Source: Gammaproteobacteria bacterium
GTDB taxonomy: Bacteria; Pseudomonadota; Gammaproteobacteria; JBCCGL01
Direction of reading: 5' to 3'
NCBI GenBank assembly: GCA_965277715.1
Contig: OZ255836.1
Span: 640,001 to 704,000 of the forward strand
Length of the DNA: 64,000 nucleotides
Part shown: positions 53,846-62,203 of the stretch, piece by piece
Layout: each line of letters opens with the position of its first letter
Position numbering within the stretch: position 1 is the first letter of the stretch
Position numbers and translations under genes: made by a program
Notes under the pieces: generated by a model
The model's input: only the letters and a program-made list of their open reading frames with translations
The model's database searches: none
Told to the model about the DNA's origin: nothing

Positions 53846-54149
53846 ATGAAGGAGGTAGCATCAACAGAATTTCAAAATAAAGCCGGGTTGTATTTTGAGA
53901 AATCCGCAAGAGAGCCAGTATTTATTACGCGGTATAACCGCCTCGCCCGTGTTCTCATCGACATCAAAGAATATGAACGGCTGAAAGAAGGATACACGTA
54001 AATCGTTAGCTGTTGAAGATCTCACTCGGGAAGAAATCAACAACCTATCAAACGTTGAATACGGCACAGTTGATCCAAAACTGGAAAAACTACTCGACCA
54101 ACAAGGTGTAGGAAAAAGCCAGAACCACAAACCTAAAATTAGAACTTAG
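53846..54149 (+). pseudogene. Phd/YefM family antitoxin, frameshifted, with no cognate toxin downstream
   Basis: MKEVASTEFQNK...EPVFIT..R...EYERLK, continuing in the +1 frame as DTRKSLAVEDLTREEI...LEKLLD. Confidence 0.7.
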
Positions 54150-54179
54150 TGGCCGATTGTTTTCAATAGAATCGCGTGA

Positions 54180-54692
54180 TTATTTTTGATTGGCGAACGT
54201 CGAAAGGGGGATAAATAACCTGTTTTGTTCGTTGAGGCACTGTCGTAAACCATGGTGCTGGTAGAAGGCTATAGCCGCATCATTTTTTGCTTCAACGACA
54301 AGCATGTGCACGCCAATACTGGAACGGCTAGCACGCGATGCGGCATCGACCAAAAGAGCACCACCTAATCCTCTACCCTGATAGCGACTGTCAATCGCCA
54401 GGCGCCCTATCAAAACAGAGGGCACATTTGGGTAGCGTGGCAGCCGACTACGCCAATCGTCATCTAGACCATCAAGAAGAACATGGCAGGCTGATAATGT
54501 GTAGAATCCGGCAATCCGTCCACTTGGTTTTTTTGTATCCGTACTTTGCGCAATGAAGGCTGTTGCGATTCTACGCCGAACATCTTGTGTAATTCGTTCA
54601 CGAAAATACTGATTCAGTACTTCTTCACCACAGTTAAAATCTCTCCGATTCTCCTTTTCCAGCACTTTGGTGGCAAAAGCTGCCTGACTCAT
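54180..54692 (-). CDS. GNAT acetyltransferase toxin (AtaT/TacT-like)
   Basis: FNCGEEVLNQY, GFYTLS, LPRYP, IGRLAID..YQGRGLG, AFYQHHG. Confidence 0.9.
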   Translation of the reverse strand: MSQAAFATKVLEKENRRDFNCGEEVLNQYFRERITQDVRRRIATAFIAQSTDTKKPSGRIAGFYTLSACHVLLDGLDDDWRSRLPRYPNVPSVLIGRLAIDSRYQGRGLGGALLVDAASRASRSSIGVHMLVVEAKNDAAIAFYQHHGLRQCLNEQNRLFIPLSTFANQK

Positions 54693-54970
54693 TCCTGTGT
54701 TATAAGCGCTTGATGATGAACAAAGGCACGTTCCAGTGCTGAGGTAGCTTTTGGCGGATCAAGAAGAAGACGGGCAAATATCTCAGTGTCACGGTGACTG
54801 AGACGGATGATTTCCGTTTGTTCAATCGTGTTGCGTGCAGCAGCACTGGCTGCTGAGATGACAAAATCTGTCAGCGTACGCCCTTCAATATTTGCAGCAC
54901 TCTTGAGCATTGCATACACGTCAGGCGCTATTCTTGCTTCGAGTCTTGCTTGCTGAGTTTTCGCAACCAT
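54689..54970 (-). CDS. DUF1778 antitoxin (AtaR/TacA-like)
   Basis: ARLEARI, AANIEGRTLTDFV, IRLS..D...F...LLDPP; ATGA overlap with the toxin. Confidence 0.9.
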   Translation of the reverse strand: MVAKTQQARLEARIAPDVYAMLKSAANIEGRTLTDFVISAASAAARNTIEQTEIIRLSHRDTEIFARLLLDPPKATSALERAFVHHQALITQE

Positions 54971-55005
54971 ATTTATATGGTGCGGCATATTGCCGTACAT
55001 GTCAA
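54971..55005 (-). promoter_or_regulatory. Promoter and operator of the DUF1778-GNAT TA pair
   Basis: Minus strand TTGACA, then palindromic TACGGCAATATGCCGCA immediately before the ATG. Confidence 0.6.
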
Positions 55006-55041
55006 ATACTCCCATCGTGGAAGCTAATGACACTGAAAGCA

Positions 55042-55055
55042 CTGAAAGTGTCTGT
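55042..55055 (+). repeat. CTGAAAGTG(C/T)CTGT direct repeat, copy 2
   Basis: CTGAAAGTGTCTGT, preceded by a partial duplicate ACTGAAAGC. Confidence 0.6.
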
Positions 55056-55096
55056 TCGCGACAGATTGCCCTTACCCACGTCCTGTAGGCAAAAAG

Positions 55097-55200
55097 TGGA
55101 GAGTAGGCTGCGGGAACCTCCCCCGCAACCCCTCGCAGAACGGTACGTGAACCTCTCATTCATACCGCTCCCATCAGACAAACCCTCACCTATTCCTTGA
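55097..55200 (-). mobile_element. Group II intron 3' remnant (domains V-VI, class D/RmInt1-like)
   Basis: Minus strand GAGCGGTATGAATGAGAGGTTCACGTACCGTTC (DV, AGC triad), then TGCGAGGGGTTGCGGGGGAGGTTCCCGCAGCCTACTCTCC (DVI). Confidence 0.85.
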
Positions 55201-55325
55201 TGTGGCTACACTAATTCGGACACCTCACTTAAAGTAAACCGAGCTTACCAAAGGAACCGAAAATGAACGGGAAAAATCTCTATACCGCAGAGCTTCGAGA
55301 ATCAGCAGTTAAGTTAGCCTTGAAC
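55201..55325 (+). mobile_element. IS3 family left end and truncated orfA
   Basis: Begins TGTGGCTACACTAATTCGGACACC; ATG 55263 gives MNGKNLYTAELRESAVKLAL. Confidence 0.7.
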
Positions 55326-55328
55326 CTA

Positions 55329-55373
55329 AATTCCTCAGTTGAATCTACTGCGACCACCTAATGCACTGAATCT
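55329..55373. repeat. 45-bp dispersed repeat, possible IS-end remnant (copy B)
   Basis: Matches 31702-31746 with 2 mismatches. Confidence 0.85.
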
Positions 55374-55416
55374 AAAGCGCTTTTACCAGAATTTCAGCTT
55401 CACCTGTAGAACGTGC

Positions 55417-55430
55417 CTGAAAGTGCCTGT
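55417..55430 (+). repeat. CTGAAAGTGCCTGT direct repeat, copy 3
   Basis: Followed by CCCC; reverse complement GGGGACAGGCACTTTCAG. Confidence 0.7.
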
Positions 55431-55566
55431 CCCCAGCATTTGCTACTACCTTTACGGAGTGGTTTTTTCGATAATTTGTGTCGAACTTAGATCATAAACA
55501 CTTAAACATTCGAAATAAGTTTTATGTATTAATGCATATTTAATAATTTCAGCTATTCTTTTTGCA

Positions 55567-56625
55567 TTATCTGTTGGCGATGATTTCTGCCCCTGTGACT
55601 AAAACCTCCCAACAATCCTCGCCTAGCTCGTTTAACTCAATGTTGGTATTCGTTAGTGTTCTAATAACCGCTATATTGGTCAGCAAATGCTGGCTGGGCT
55701 TTAATGTTCGAAAACACCCTCCGCTACCTAATACCATAGGTAGCACTAACTGATCAGCGAGGTGTTTCCCTACGGGCACTCCGGCGGCCAGATAGCGTTT
55801 TAAATCGCGGATCGCCCGGCCCGCTACCCGTTCGGCGGTGACATTTCGTTCACCTACTGCTTCACACACTTCTGTTACATTCGCCATTTCAAGGCGCAGC
55901 GATACGATATTACCTGGCCCTGCTGATTGTACCCATTGTTGATGCAGTGACGCTTCAGGCCATAAACACTTTTTTTGAATATGGTGTAGCTCCCGCTCGG
56001 CAACATGCTTGGAGATGCGAGATGATATCGCGAAGGCCGACTGGCTAAGCTGTTCACCAGGTTGCAATAGTGTCAGTGGTTTAATCGTGCTCACCGGCGA
56101 AATTCGCGCTCGCCATGCGCCTCCTCCCGCAGGGTAAAACCCGTGGCGTTCAAGTGTTGGTTCTACCTGATAACCCATTTTCAACATGACCGGCAAAAAG
56201 CAATGGGCAATAAAATCATAGCTGGGCGACATACCATTATGGGTGCCACCTTCTATGGTTAGTTCGCTGACACTTTCTGCCATTAATAAAGGCAATAGCA
56301 CGGTTTGAAATACCAGTGTTGTACTGCCCGCAGACCCAATTGCAAAACGGTACTCGCCCGCCTTTATTGCGCCGGGCGAGAATGTAACGCTTGATGAACC
56401 CAGTTCGGCGCCGGTTATCTGTGCGTCACAGATGGCTTGAGTGGCCTGCAAGCAAGTCAGGTGCTGACGAAGTAACCCTGGTTTGTTTCGACCTGCGCGA
56501 ATATTTTCAATGCGCACTGCTTGACCAAGGCACGTCGAAAGTGTCAGCGCGGTTCGAAAAATCTGACCGCCACCCTCACCTTGTGAACCATCAATCACTA
56601 CGATACTTTTACTGTCTGTATTCAT
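55567..56625 (-). CDS. rtcA: RNA 3'-terminal phosphate cyclase
   Basis: IDGSQGEGGGQIFR, PGLLRQHL, GGTHN, GFYPAGGG, HLADQL. Confidence 0.96.
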   Translation of the reverse strand: MNTDSKSIVVIDGSQGEGGGQIFRTALTLSTCLGQAVRIENIRAGRNKPGLLRQHLTCLQATQAICDAQITGAELGSSSVTFSPGAIKAGEYRFAIGSAGSTTLVFQTVLLPLLMAESVSELTIEGGTHNGMSPSYDFIAHCFLPVMLKMGYQVEPTLERHGFYPAGGGAWRARISPVSTIKPLTLLQPGEQLSQSAFAISSRISKHVAERELHHIQKKCLWPEASLHQQWVQSAGPGNIVSLRLEMANVTEVCEAVGERNVTAERVAGRAIRDLKRYLAAGVPVGKHLADQLVLPMVLGSGGCFRTLKPSQHLLTNIAVIRTLTNTNIELNELGEDCWEVLVTGAEIIANR

Positions 56626-56686
56626 TTCTCTTATTCCTCAGCGGGGCATCCTTTCCCCTTCCCATTGTCGGTATCCAACCGATAGC

Positions 56687-57913
56687 TTACCCTTTTACAC
56701 AGACCACTTGCTTCAGTGTATAAACCACTTCAACGAGGTCTTTCTGTGCCTCCATCACCTTTTCGATGGGCTTGTAGGCTGATGGTGTCTCATCGATCAC
56801 ACTCTCATCTTTTCGGCATTCCACATCAGCGGTTGCCTGGCGGTGCTCCTCCAAAGAGACCAGTTTTTTGGCTTTGGTGCGTGACATCACACGGCCCGCA
56901 CCATGACTGCAACTGCAAAAACTCTCTTCATTGCCAAGGCCACGAACGATGAATGACTTGGCTCCCATACTGCCGGGAATAATCCCCATCTCGCCTGTGC
57001 GGGCGCTTACAGCTCCCTTGCGTGTTACCAGTACATTTTTTCCATAGTGGTTTTCGCGTGATACGTAGTTGTGATGGCAGTTCACCGCCTCCATACGTGC
57101 CTCGAATTCAACCCCCAAGGCGCTTTGTACCGCCCGAATTACCCGTTCCATCATCACTTCGCGATTAATCCGCGCAAAATTTTGCGCCCACTCCACCGCT
57201 TCCACATATTGGTCGAAATGCTCAGTACCCTCTGGTAGGTAGGCCAGGTCAGCGTCAGGTAAGTGGATATGCCACTGCTCCATATCTTTTTTCGCCTTTT
57301 CAATAAAATGCGTGCCAATACGATTACCCACACCCCGGGATCCACTGTGTAGCATCAACCAAACACTGCCGTGTTCATCCAGGCACATTTCAATAAAGTG
57401 GTTGCCTGTGCCTAGTGTACCCAGGTGGTTGATATTGTTAGTGTTCTTTAATACCCGGTGCTTATCTTTCAGCGTATCAAACTGTGTTGCCAGTGGTGTC
57501 CAGGCGTCCATCACATCGTCGGGGATATTTGACCATGCGCCTTTATCCCGGCCACCTCGCGCACGTTTAGAGCGACCATGCGGTACAGCTCGCTCAATGG
57601 CGGAACGCACACCTACCAGGCTATCGGGTAGCTGCGGGGCTTTCATGCTGGTACGCACGGCCATCATTCCACAACCTATATCGACACCCACGGCAGCTGG
57701 AATCACTGCGCCCAGAGTTGCTACTACGCTCCCAATAGTTGCGCCTTTGCCAAGATGCACATCGGGCATAACAGCCACCCATTGGTGGATAAAAGGCATC
57801 TGTGAGATGTTTTTAAGCTGTTGCTTGGCCTCAGATTCAAAGGGTACGCCCAGAGTCCAGGATTTGATTGGCACCCCACCATCCTGCATTACTTCGTATG
57901 ATTGTTGCGTCAT
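56687..57913 (-). CDS. rtcB: RNA ligase RtcB
   Basis: MPDVH, GVDIGCG, GNHF, HSGSRG, HHNY, IPGSMG, SHGAGR, DETPSAYK. Confidence 0.97.
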   Translation of the reverse strand: MTQQSYEVMQDGGVPIKSWTLGVPFESEAKQQLKNISQMPFIHQWVAVMPDVHLGKGATIGSVVATLGAVIPAAVGVDIGCGMMAVRTSMKAPQLPDSLVGVRSAIERAVPHGRSKRARGGRDKGAWSNIPDDVMDAWTPLATQFDTLKDKHRVLKNTNNINHLGTLGTGNHFIEMCLDEHGSVWLMLHSGSRGVGNRIGTHFIEKAKKDMEQWHIHLPDADLAYLPEGTEHFDQYVEAVEWAQNFARINREVMMERVIRAVQSALGVEFEARMEAVNCHHNYVSRENHYGKNVLVTRKGAVSARTGEMGIIPGSMGAKSFIVRGLGNEESFCSCSHGAGRVMSRTKAKKLVSLEEHRQATADVECRKDESVIDETPSAYKPIEKVMEAQKDLVEVVYTLKQVVCVKG

Positions 57914-57959
57914 TGTTTTCTCCGTTAATGGTTTGTTTTGATTTTTATGGTGTAGCTAT

Positions 57960-57975
57960 TGCGAAGAGGGTGCCA
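57960..57975 (-). promoter_or_regulatory. Sigma54 promoter of rtcBA
   Basis: Minus strand TGGCACCCTCTTCGCA, GG-N10-GC. Confidence 0.8.
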
Positions 57976-58120
57976 ACTTTTGTATGAGGTGTTTAAATAA
58001 TTATAACTAATTGTTTTATATAGTATTTTATTTTTATATTAGTATACTTATCACTTTTCAGTTTGACAAAAGTGGGTAATATATTATCTTATTAGATAGA
58101 TTGATAATATATTAGATAAT

Positions 58121-59737
58121 ATGAAAACAGTGGCTATTAGTATTCTTGGCACGGTCCTGGATCGACGCGGCAAGGGGGATAAACGCTGGGATAATTGGCG
58201 ACCAACTCTCTCTATGTGCCAGCATGATGATCTGCTTATCGACCGTCTGGAGTTGTTATTCGACAATCACTCCCAGAGCCTGGCCAACCAGATCACCGAA
58301 GACATTACACAAATTTCCCCCGAAACGGCGGTGGTGCATCACGCTATTAATTTCAATAATCCCTGGGATTTTGAAACGGTCTATAGCAGCCTGCTTGACT
58401 TTGCCCGAAGTTACAATTTTAGACCTGGTAAAGAGGAATATCTCATTCACATCACAACGGGCACGCACGTTGCACAAATATGTTTATATCTGCTAACTGA
58501 AGCGGGCTATCTGCCAGGTCAGTTAATACAAACATCGCCGACAAAGCGTAATAGGAAGCAGATTGGACAGTACCAGGTTATCGATCTCGATCTATCTAAA
58601 TACGATCAGATAGCGTCACGATTTAAAAAGGAACACCAGGAAGGTACTACATATCTTAAAGGCGGCATTGAAACCAATAATGCTCATTTCAACCAAATGA
58701 TTGAACAATTGGAACAGGTTTCAGTGCGTTCTAATGAACCTATATTGATTACTGGCCCTACGGGTGCAGGGAAATCACAGCTAGCTCAGCGTATCTTTGA
58801 ATTAAGAAAGCGACGCGGAAAACTGTCGGGTCGGTTAGTGTCTGTAAACTGCGCGACACTTAGAGGTGAAAATGCCATGTCGGCACTTTTTGGCCATAAA
58901 AAAGGTGCTTTTACCGGTGCTGTTACCAACCGTGCCGGTTTACTGATGGAAGCTGATGGCGGTCTATTGTTTCTTGATGAAATTGGCGAGCTCGGTTTGG
59001 ATGAACAGGCCATGTTGCTCAAAGCGGTAGAGGATAAATGGTTTATACCCTTTGGTTCAGATAAGGAGACCAGCAGTGATTTTCAAATAATTGCCGGAAC
59101 CAATAAAGCCTTGTCACAACTTACTGAAAAAGGTCTGTTTAGAGAAGATCTTTTGGCCAGGCTTGATCTATGGACGTATCAATTGCCCTCACTTAGAGAG
59201 CGCCTGGAGGATTTAGAACCTAATATCGATTATGAGTTAGAGGTGTTTTCCAGTAAATCGGGTTATCTGGTTAATTTCAATAAAGCGGCCAGGGAAAGGT
59301 ACTTGGCATTCAGTGTATCACCAGGGGCCATCTGGTCGGCAAATTTTCGTGATCTTAATGCAAGTATCACCCGCATGGGCACCTTAGCTGACGGTGGTCG
59401 CATCACCACTGCCGTTGTTGATGATGAAATCAATCGATTAAAACGAAAATGGCAAGCGGGGTCACAAGCCCCTTTTGCCCCCGGTAGCGTTATTGATGGC
59501 GTGCTCGGCGCTGGCAGCAGTGAGCCAATGGATTATTATGAGCAAATTAAGCTTGCGCACGTAATCAGCGTTTGCCAGTCGTCTCAATCAATGGCAGAGG
59601 CTGGTCGTACACTTTTTAATATCAGCAGATTATCAAAGAAATCAAACAATGATTCCCATCGTGTAAAACAATTACTGGAAAAATACGGGGTAAGCTTTGA
59701 AGATATATCGGCTTCGACGCGTTTTCCATGTCGTTAA
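58121..59737 (+). CDS. rtcR: Sigma54-dependent activator RtcR (CARF-AAA-HTH)
   Basis: WRPT, PWDFE, HITTGTHVAQIC, GPTGAGKS, GAFTGA, FLDEIGEL; divergent from rtcBA. Confidence 0.97.
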   Translation: MKTVAISILGTVLDRRGKGDKRWDNWRPTLSMCQHDDLLIDRLELLFDNHSQSLANQITEDITQISPETAVVHHAINFNNPWDFETVYSSLLDFARSYNFRPGKEEYLIHITTGTHVAQICLYLLTEAGYLPGQLIQTSPTKRNRKQIGQYQVIDLDLSKYDQIASRFKKEHQEGTTYLKGGIETNNAHFNQMIEQLEQVSVRSNEPILITGPTGAGKSQLAQRIFELRKRRGKLSGRLVSVNCATLRGENAMSALFGHKKGAFTGAVTNRAGLLMEADGGLLFLDEIGELGLDEQAMLLKAVEDKWFIPFGSDKETSSDFQIIAGTNKALSQLTEKGLFREDLLARLDLWTYQLPSLRERLEDLEPNIDYELEVFSSKSGYLVNFNKAARERYLAFSVSPGAIWSANFRDLNASITRMGTLADGGRITTAVVDDEINRLKRKWQAGSQAPFAPGSVIDGVLGAGSSEPMDYYEQIKLAHVISVCQSSQSMAEAGRTLFNISRLSKKSNNDSHRVKQLLEKYGVSFEDISASTRFPCR

Positions 59738-59844
59738 TTCGTCATTATGCGCGTGTAGTACCAAAACATGAAAGATATAGAGAGGCAAATCTATACGCTT
59801 CCATAAAGTAACGGAATAATAGATTTGTTCTTATTTTTAACCAA

Positions 59845-60269
59845 TCAGCTCCAGGGAAACGGGCTATTTGAAACAGGGTGCAGTCTACCTTCAGCATAAC
59901 GTGAGAACCGGAATGGATCGAGTAGCTTCGTTGCACCGCCTGAAGTAATTTCTTCAGCAACCAGTTTACCGACACCAAGCATTTTGTAACCGTGGTTAGA
60001 GTCGGCGATTAAATACAGGTTGTCGCAGAATACATCGAATACGGGGAAGCTGTCTGGGGTGAATGCACCTATGCCGATACCCACATATGGGCAAAGTCGG
60101 GGCCGACAATAAATTCTGGCGATTCAGGGCCATAGGGGTCGACAGCGACTTTGTCTGGATCAGTGGGCACTTTGAAAGGCGCTGCGCCACCTTGAATGCC
60201 ACCGAAATGGAAGTCGGGTTTGTAGTAAATACCCCACATTTCATCGGTAATAAGCGAGCCATCCTCGGT
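59845..60269 (-). pseudogene. FAD-dependent (DAO/sarcosine oxidase-like) oxidoreductase, two C-terminal fragments joined by a deletion
   Basis: WGIYYKPDFHFGGIQGG...HMWVSA, then out of frame GIGAFTPDSFPVFD...ADSNHGYKMLGVG...SPFPWS. Confidence 0.75.
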
Positions 60270-60371
60270 CCAATCGTAGTAAGCACGCTCAATATGAATA
60301 GAATAATGGAGGCGCCTCATGAGATCACGCACTTCTATAAGCAGTTTTTTGTCCTTTGTTGGAGTTGGCAT
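60270..60371 (-). pseudogene. N-terminal remnant of a second integron integrase
   Basis: KKLLIEVRDLMRRLHYSIHIERAYYDW matches the IntI N-terminus pattern LL..VR...R..HYS..TE.AY..W. Confidence 0.75.
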
Positions 60372-60510
60372 ACTTGTCTGATTTCCTTATAAGCGTGGGT
60401 AAGTTTTATGATATCAGCTTGCCTGATATCCCGGTAAATTGTTGCTTATCAGGGCGAATTTGCCTGATTTACTGGATACTAATTGTTATATCCCTATTTC
60501 GGTGCGCCAC

Positions 60511-61488
60511 TTATCCCCGTTCAAGTAAACTACTGAGTGGGCCTTTAACGCCCTGAGCACCTTGTTTGAGAACATGGGTATAAATTTCAGTTGTTTTTAC
60601 GTCGCTGTGGCTAAGTTGTTGTTGTACAGTACGTATGTCAGCGCCGCTTTGTAGTAAATGCGTAGCAAAAGAATGTCGTAATGTGTGTGATGAAATTGGC
60701 TTAACAATGTCGGCCTTTTTCCTTGCGCTTGCAATTACCTTATTAATGGACGATTCATCAATGTGGTGACGTCTGACGTTGTTGGAAACTGGGTCAACGC
60801 TCAATTTTTGCGATGGAAAAAGATACTGCCAACCAAGCGTTTTATTCGCCATTTTATATTTTCGACTCAAGGCATCGGGCATCCAAACACCTGCATAAAC
60901 AAAATTCGTCAGATCTTCCTCTAAAAGCAACCGTACTCTTTCAATTTGCCTGGTTAACGCCGACACCAGCTCCGGGGCTAAAGTGGTAAATCTGTGTTTG
61001 CGGCCCTTGCCATTCCAGATACGAAGCTGTAACAAATCCATATCAACATCGTGTACACGTAAACGTACAGATTCCATGCGACGTAACCCAGACCCATATA
61101 GGATACCGATTATTAGTTTGTATTTAGGGTCAACATGTTTAAGTAGACGGCTGACTTCACTTTGTGTAAGCACCACGGGTAGTTTTGCCTGGTGACTTGC
61201 ACGTTTAAATTCCACCATTTCTCCCAAAGGCTGTTCGAGAAAGCGGTTGTACAAAAATGCCAGCGCATTCAGCGCCACCTGCTGCGTGCCAATAGCAACC
61301 GTGCGGTTGATGACCAAGTGCGACAAAAAACGGACGACATCTTGCTCTCCCATTTCCTGAGGGTGCCGGTTGTGGTGGAAACGAATATAGGAACGAATTC
61401 AGGTGATATAAGCCGAGATTGTGCGCTTACTGTAATGCCGCACCAACATGAACTCGTAAATAGACTGCAAAAAGGGCGACTTGTACAC
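60511..61488 (-). pseudogene. intI: Integron integrase with an in-frame TGA at codon 30
   Basis: GTG 61488: MYKSPFL...RHYSKRTISAYIT*IRSYIRFHHNRHPQEMG; YGSGLR, GKGRK, IntI-specific MPDALSRKY...WQYLFPS, RRHH, HTLRHSFATHLL, TTEIYTHV. Confidence 0.92.
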
Positions 61489-61663
61489 GTATAAATCCTT
61501 GTAAAGCAGAGAGTGTTATATGATAATCCAAAACCAAAGGTTTAGGGAGTCGTTCCAGCATTTTTTTGTCTGTTATTTGCGATTTTCGTAGGGTTTTGTC
61601 ATGTTAATCAATATTTTAGTGTGTCTTTATGAACTCAGTCTCGCGAAATTATCGCGATTCCAC

Positions 61664-61710
61664 ATAATATTGTTATCGAGGATTCGTTCCTCGATAACAG
61701 GCTGTTAGGC
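61664..61710 (+). other. Putative attI site with embedded 12-bp inverted repeat
   Basis: TGTTATCGAGGA-TTCGT-TCCTCGATAACA, then CGATAAC-AGGCT-GTTAGGC; GTTAGGC is complementary to the GCCTAAC of attC1. Confidence 0.75.
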
Positions 61711-61728
61711 ATTTCAAGGAGTTCAACT

Positions 61729-62091
61729 GTGCTGTTTAGTAAAAAGAAAAACTTAGTCGAAGAATATAAAGGCAATGAAGCTCAATCCAGAAAAGAATTT
61801 TTAAAAGATGCTGAGAGAAAAGCAAAAAAAGGCTATGTTCCTGTATCTGAAAATTATACAGCTGGAAAATATGGTATTGGTGCCTTTATTTTAGCTCTTC
61901 TTTTATGTTTTGTGCTGATCGGTATTTTGGTATTTATCTATATGCTAATTGTGAAACCAGCTGGAACTCTAACCGTTACCTATGAGTTAAAAGATACAAG
62001 CGATGAGCAAGCATGCCCTAAGTGTGCCGAAACTATAAAATCCGCCGCAATTGTTTGTCGTTTCTGTGGCCATGATATAGCAAATGCCTAA
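61729..62091 (+). CDS. Cassette 1: membrane protein with C-terminal zinc ribbon
   Basis: One long TM; CPKCAETIK...CRFCG; AAGGAG RBS; stop codon lies inside the attC R'' box. Confidence 0.85.
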   Translation: MLFSKKKNLVEEYKGNEAQSRKEFLKDAERKAKKGYVPVSENYTAGKYGIGAFILALLLCFVLIGILVFIYMLIVKPAGTLTVTYELKDTSDEQACPKCAETIKSAAIVCRFCGHDIANA

Positions 62092-62187
62092 CAAGCAATT
62101 CAACAAGGACAAAAAACAGTTGGCTTTTGTTCACTACGTTCACCTATTTTAGCCAACCATTTTTTGCCTGTTAATTGGGCGTTAGCG
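62086..62187 (+). repeat. attC site 1 (102 bp)
   Basis: GCCTAAC...AATTCAACA / CAAAAAA / GTTGGCT arms pairing with AGCCAAC / TTTTTTG / TGTTAATT...GTTAGCG. Confidence 0.92.
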
Positions 62188-62203
62188 CTACAAAGGACAA
62201 AAC

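Noticed and set aside
54971-55159. N-terminal extension of the DUF1778 antitoxin
   Set aside because: It runs through the promoter and intron DV-DVI; the real start is probably ATG 54970
55435-58120. Ro60, Y RNA or tRNA-like genes in the rtc operon
   Set aside because: No TROVE ORF; the spacers are short or AT-rich with no cloverleaf
60069-60371. Novel 100-aa protein
   Set aside because: Chimera of an IntI N-terminus and an oxidoreductase fragment
61489-61640. LexA box at the intI promoter
   Set aside because: No CTGT-N8-ACAG found by eye
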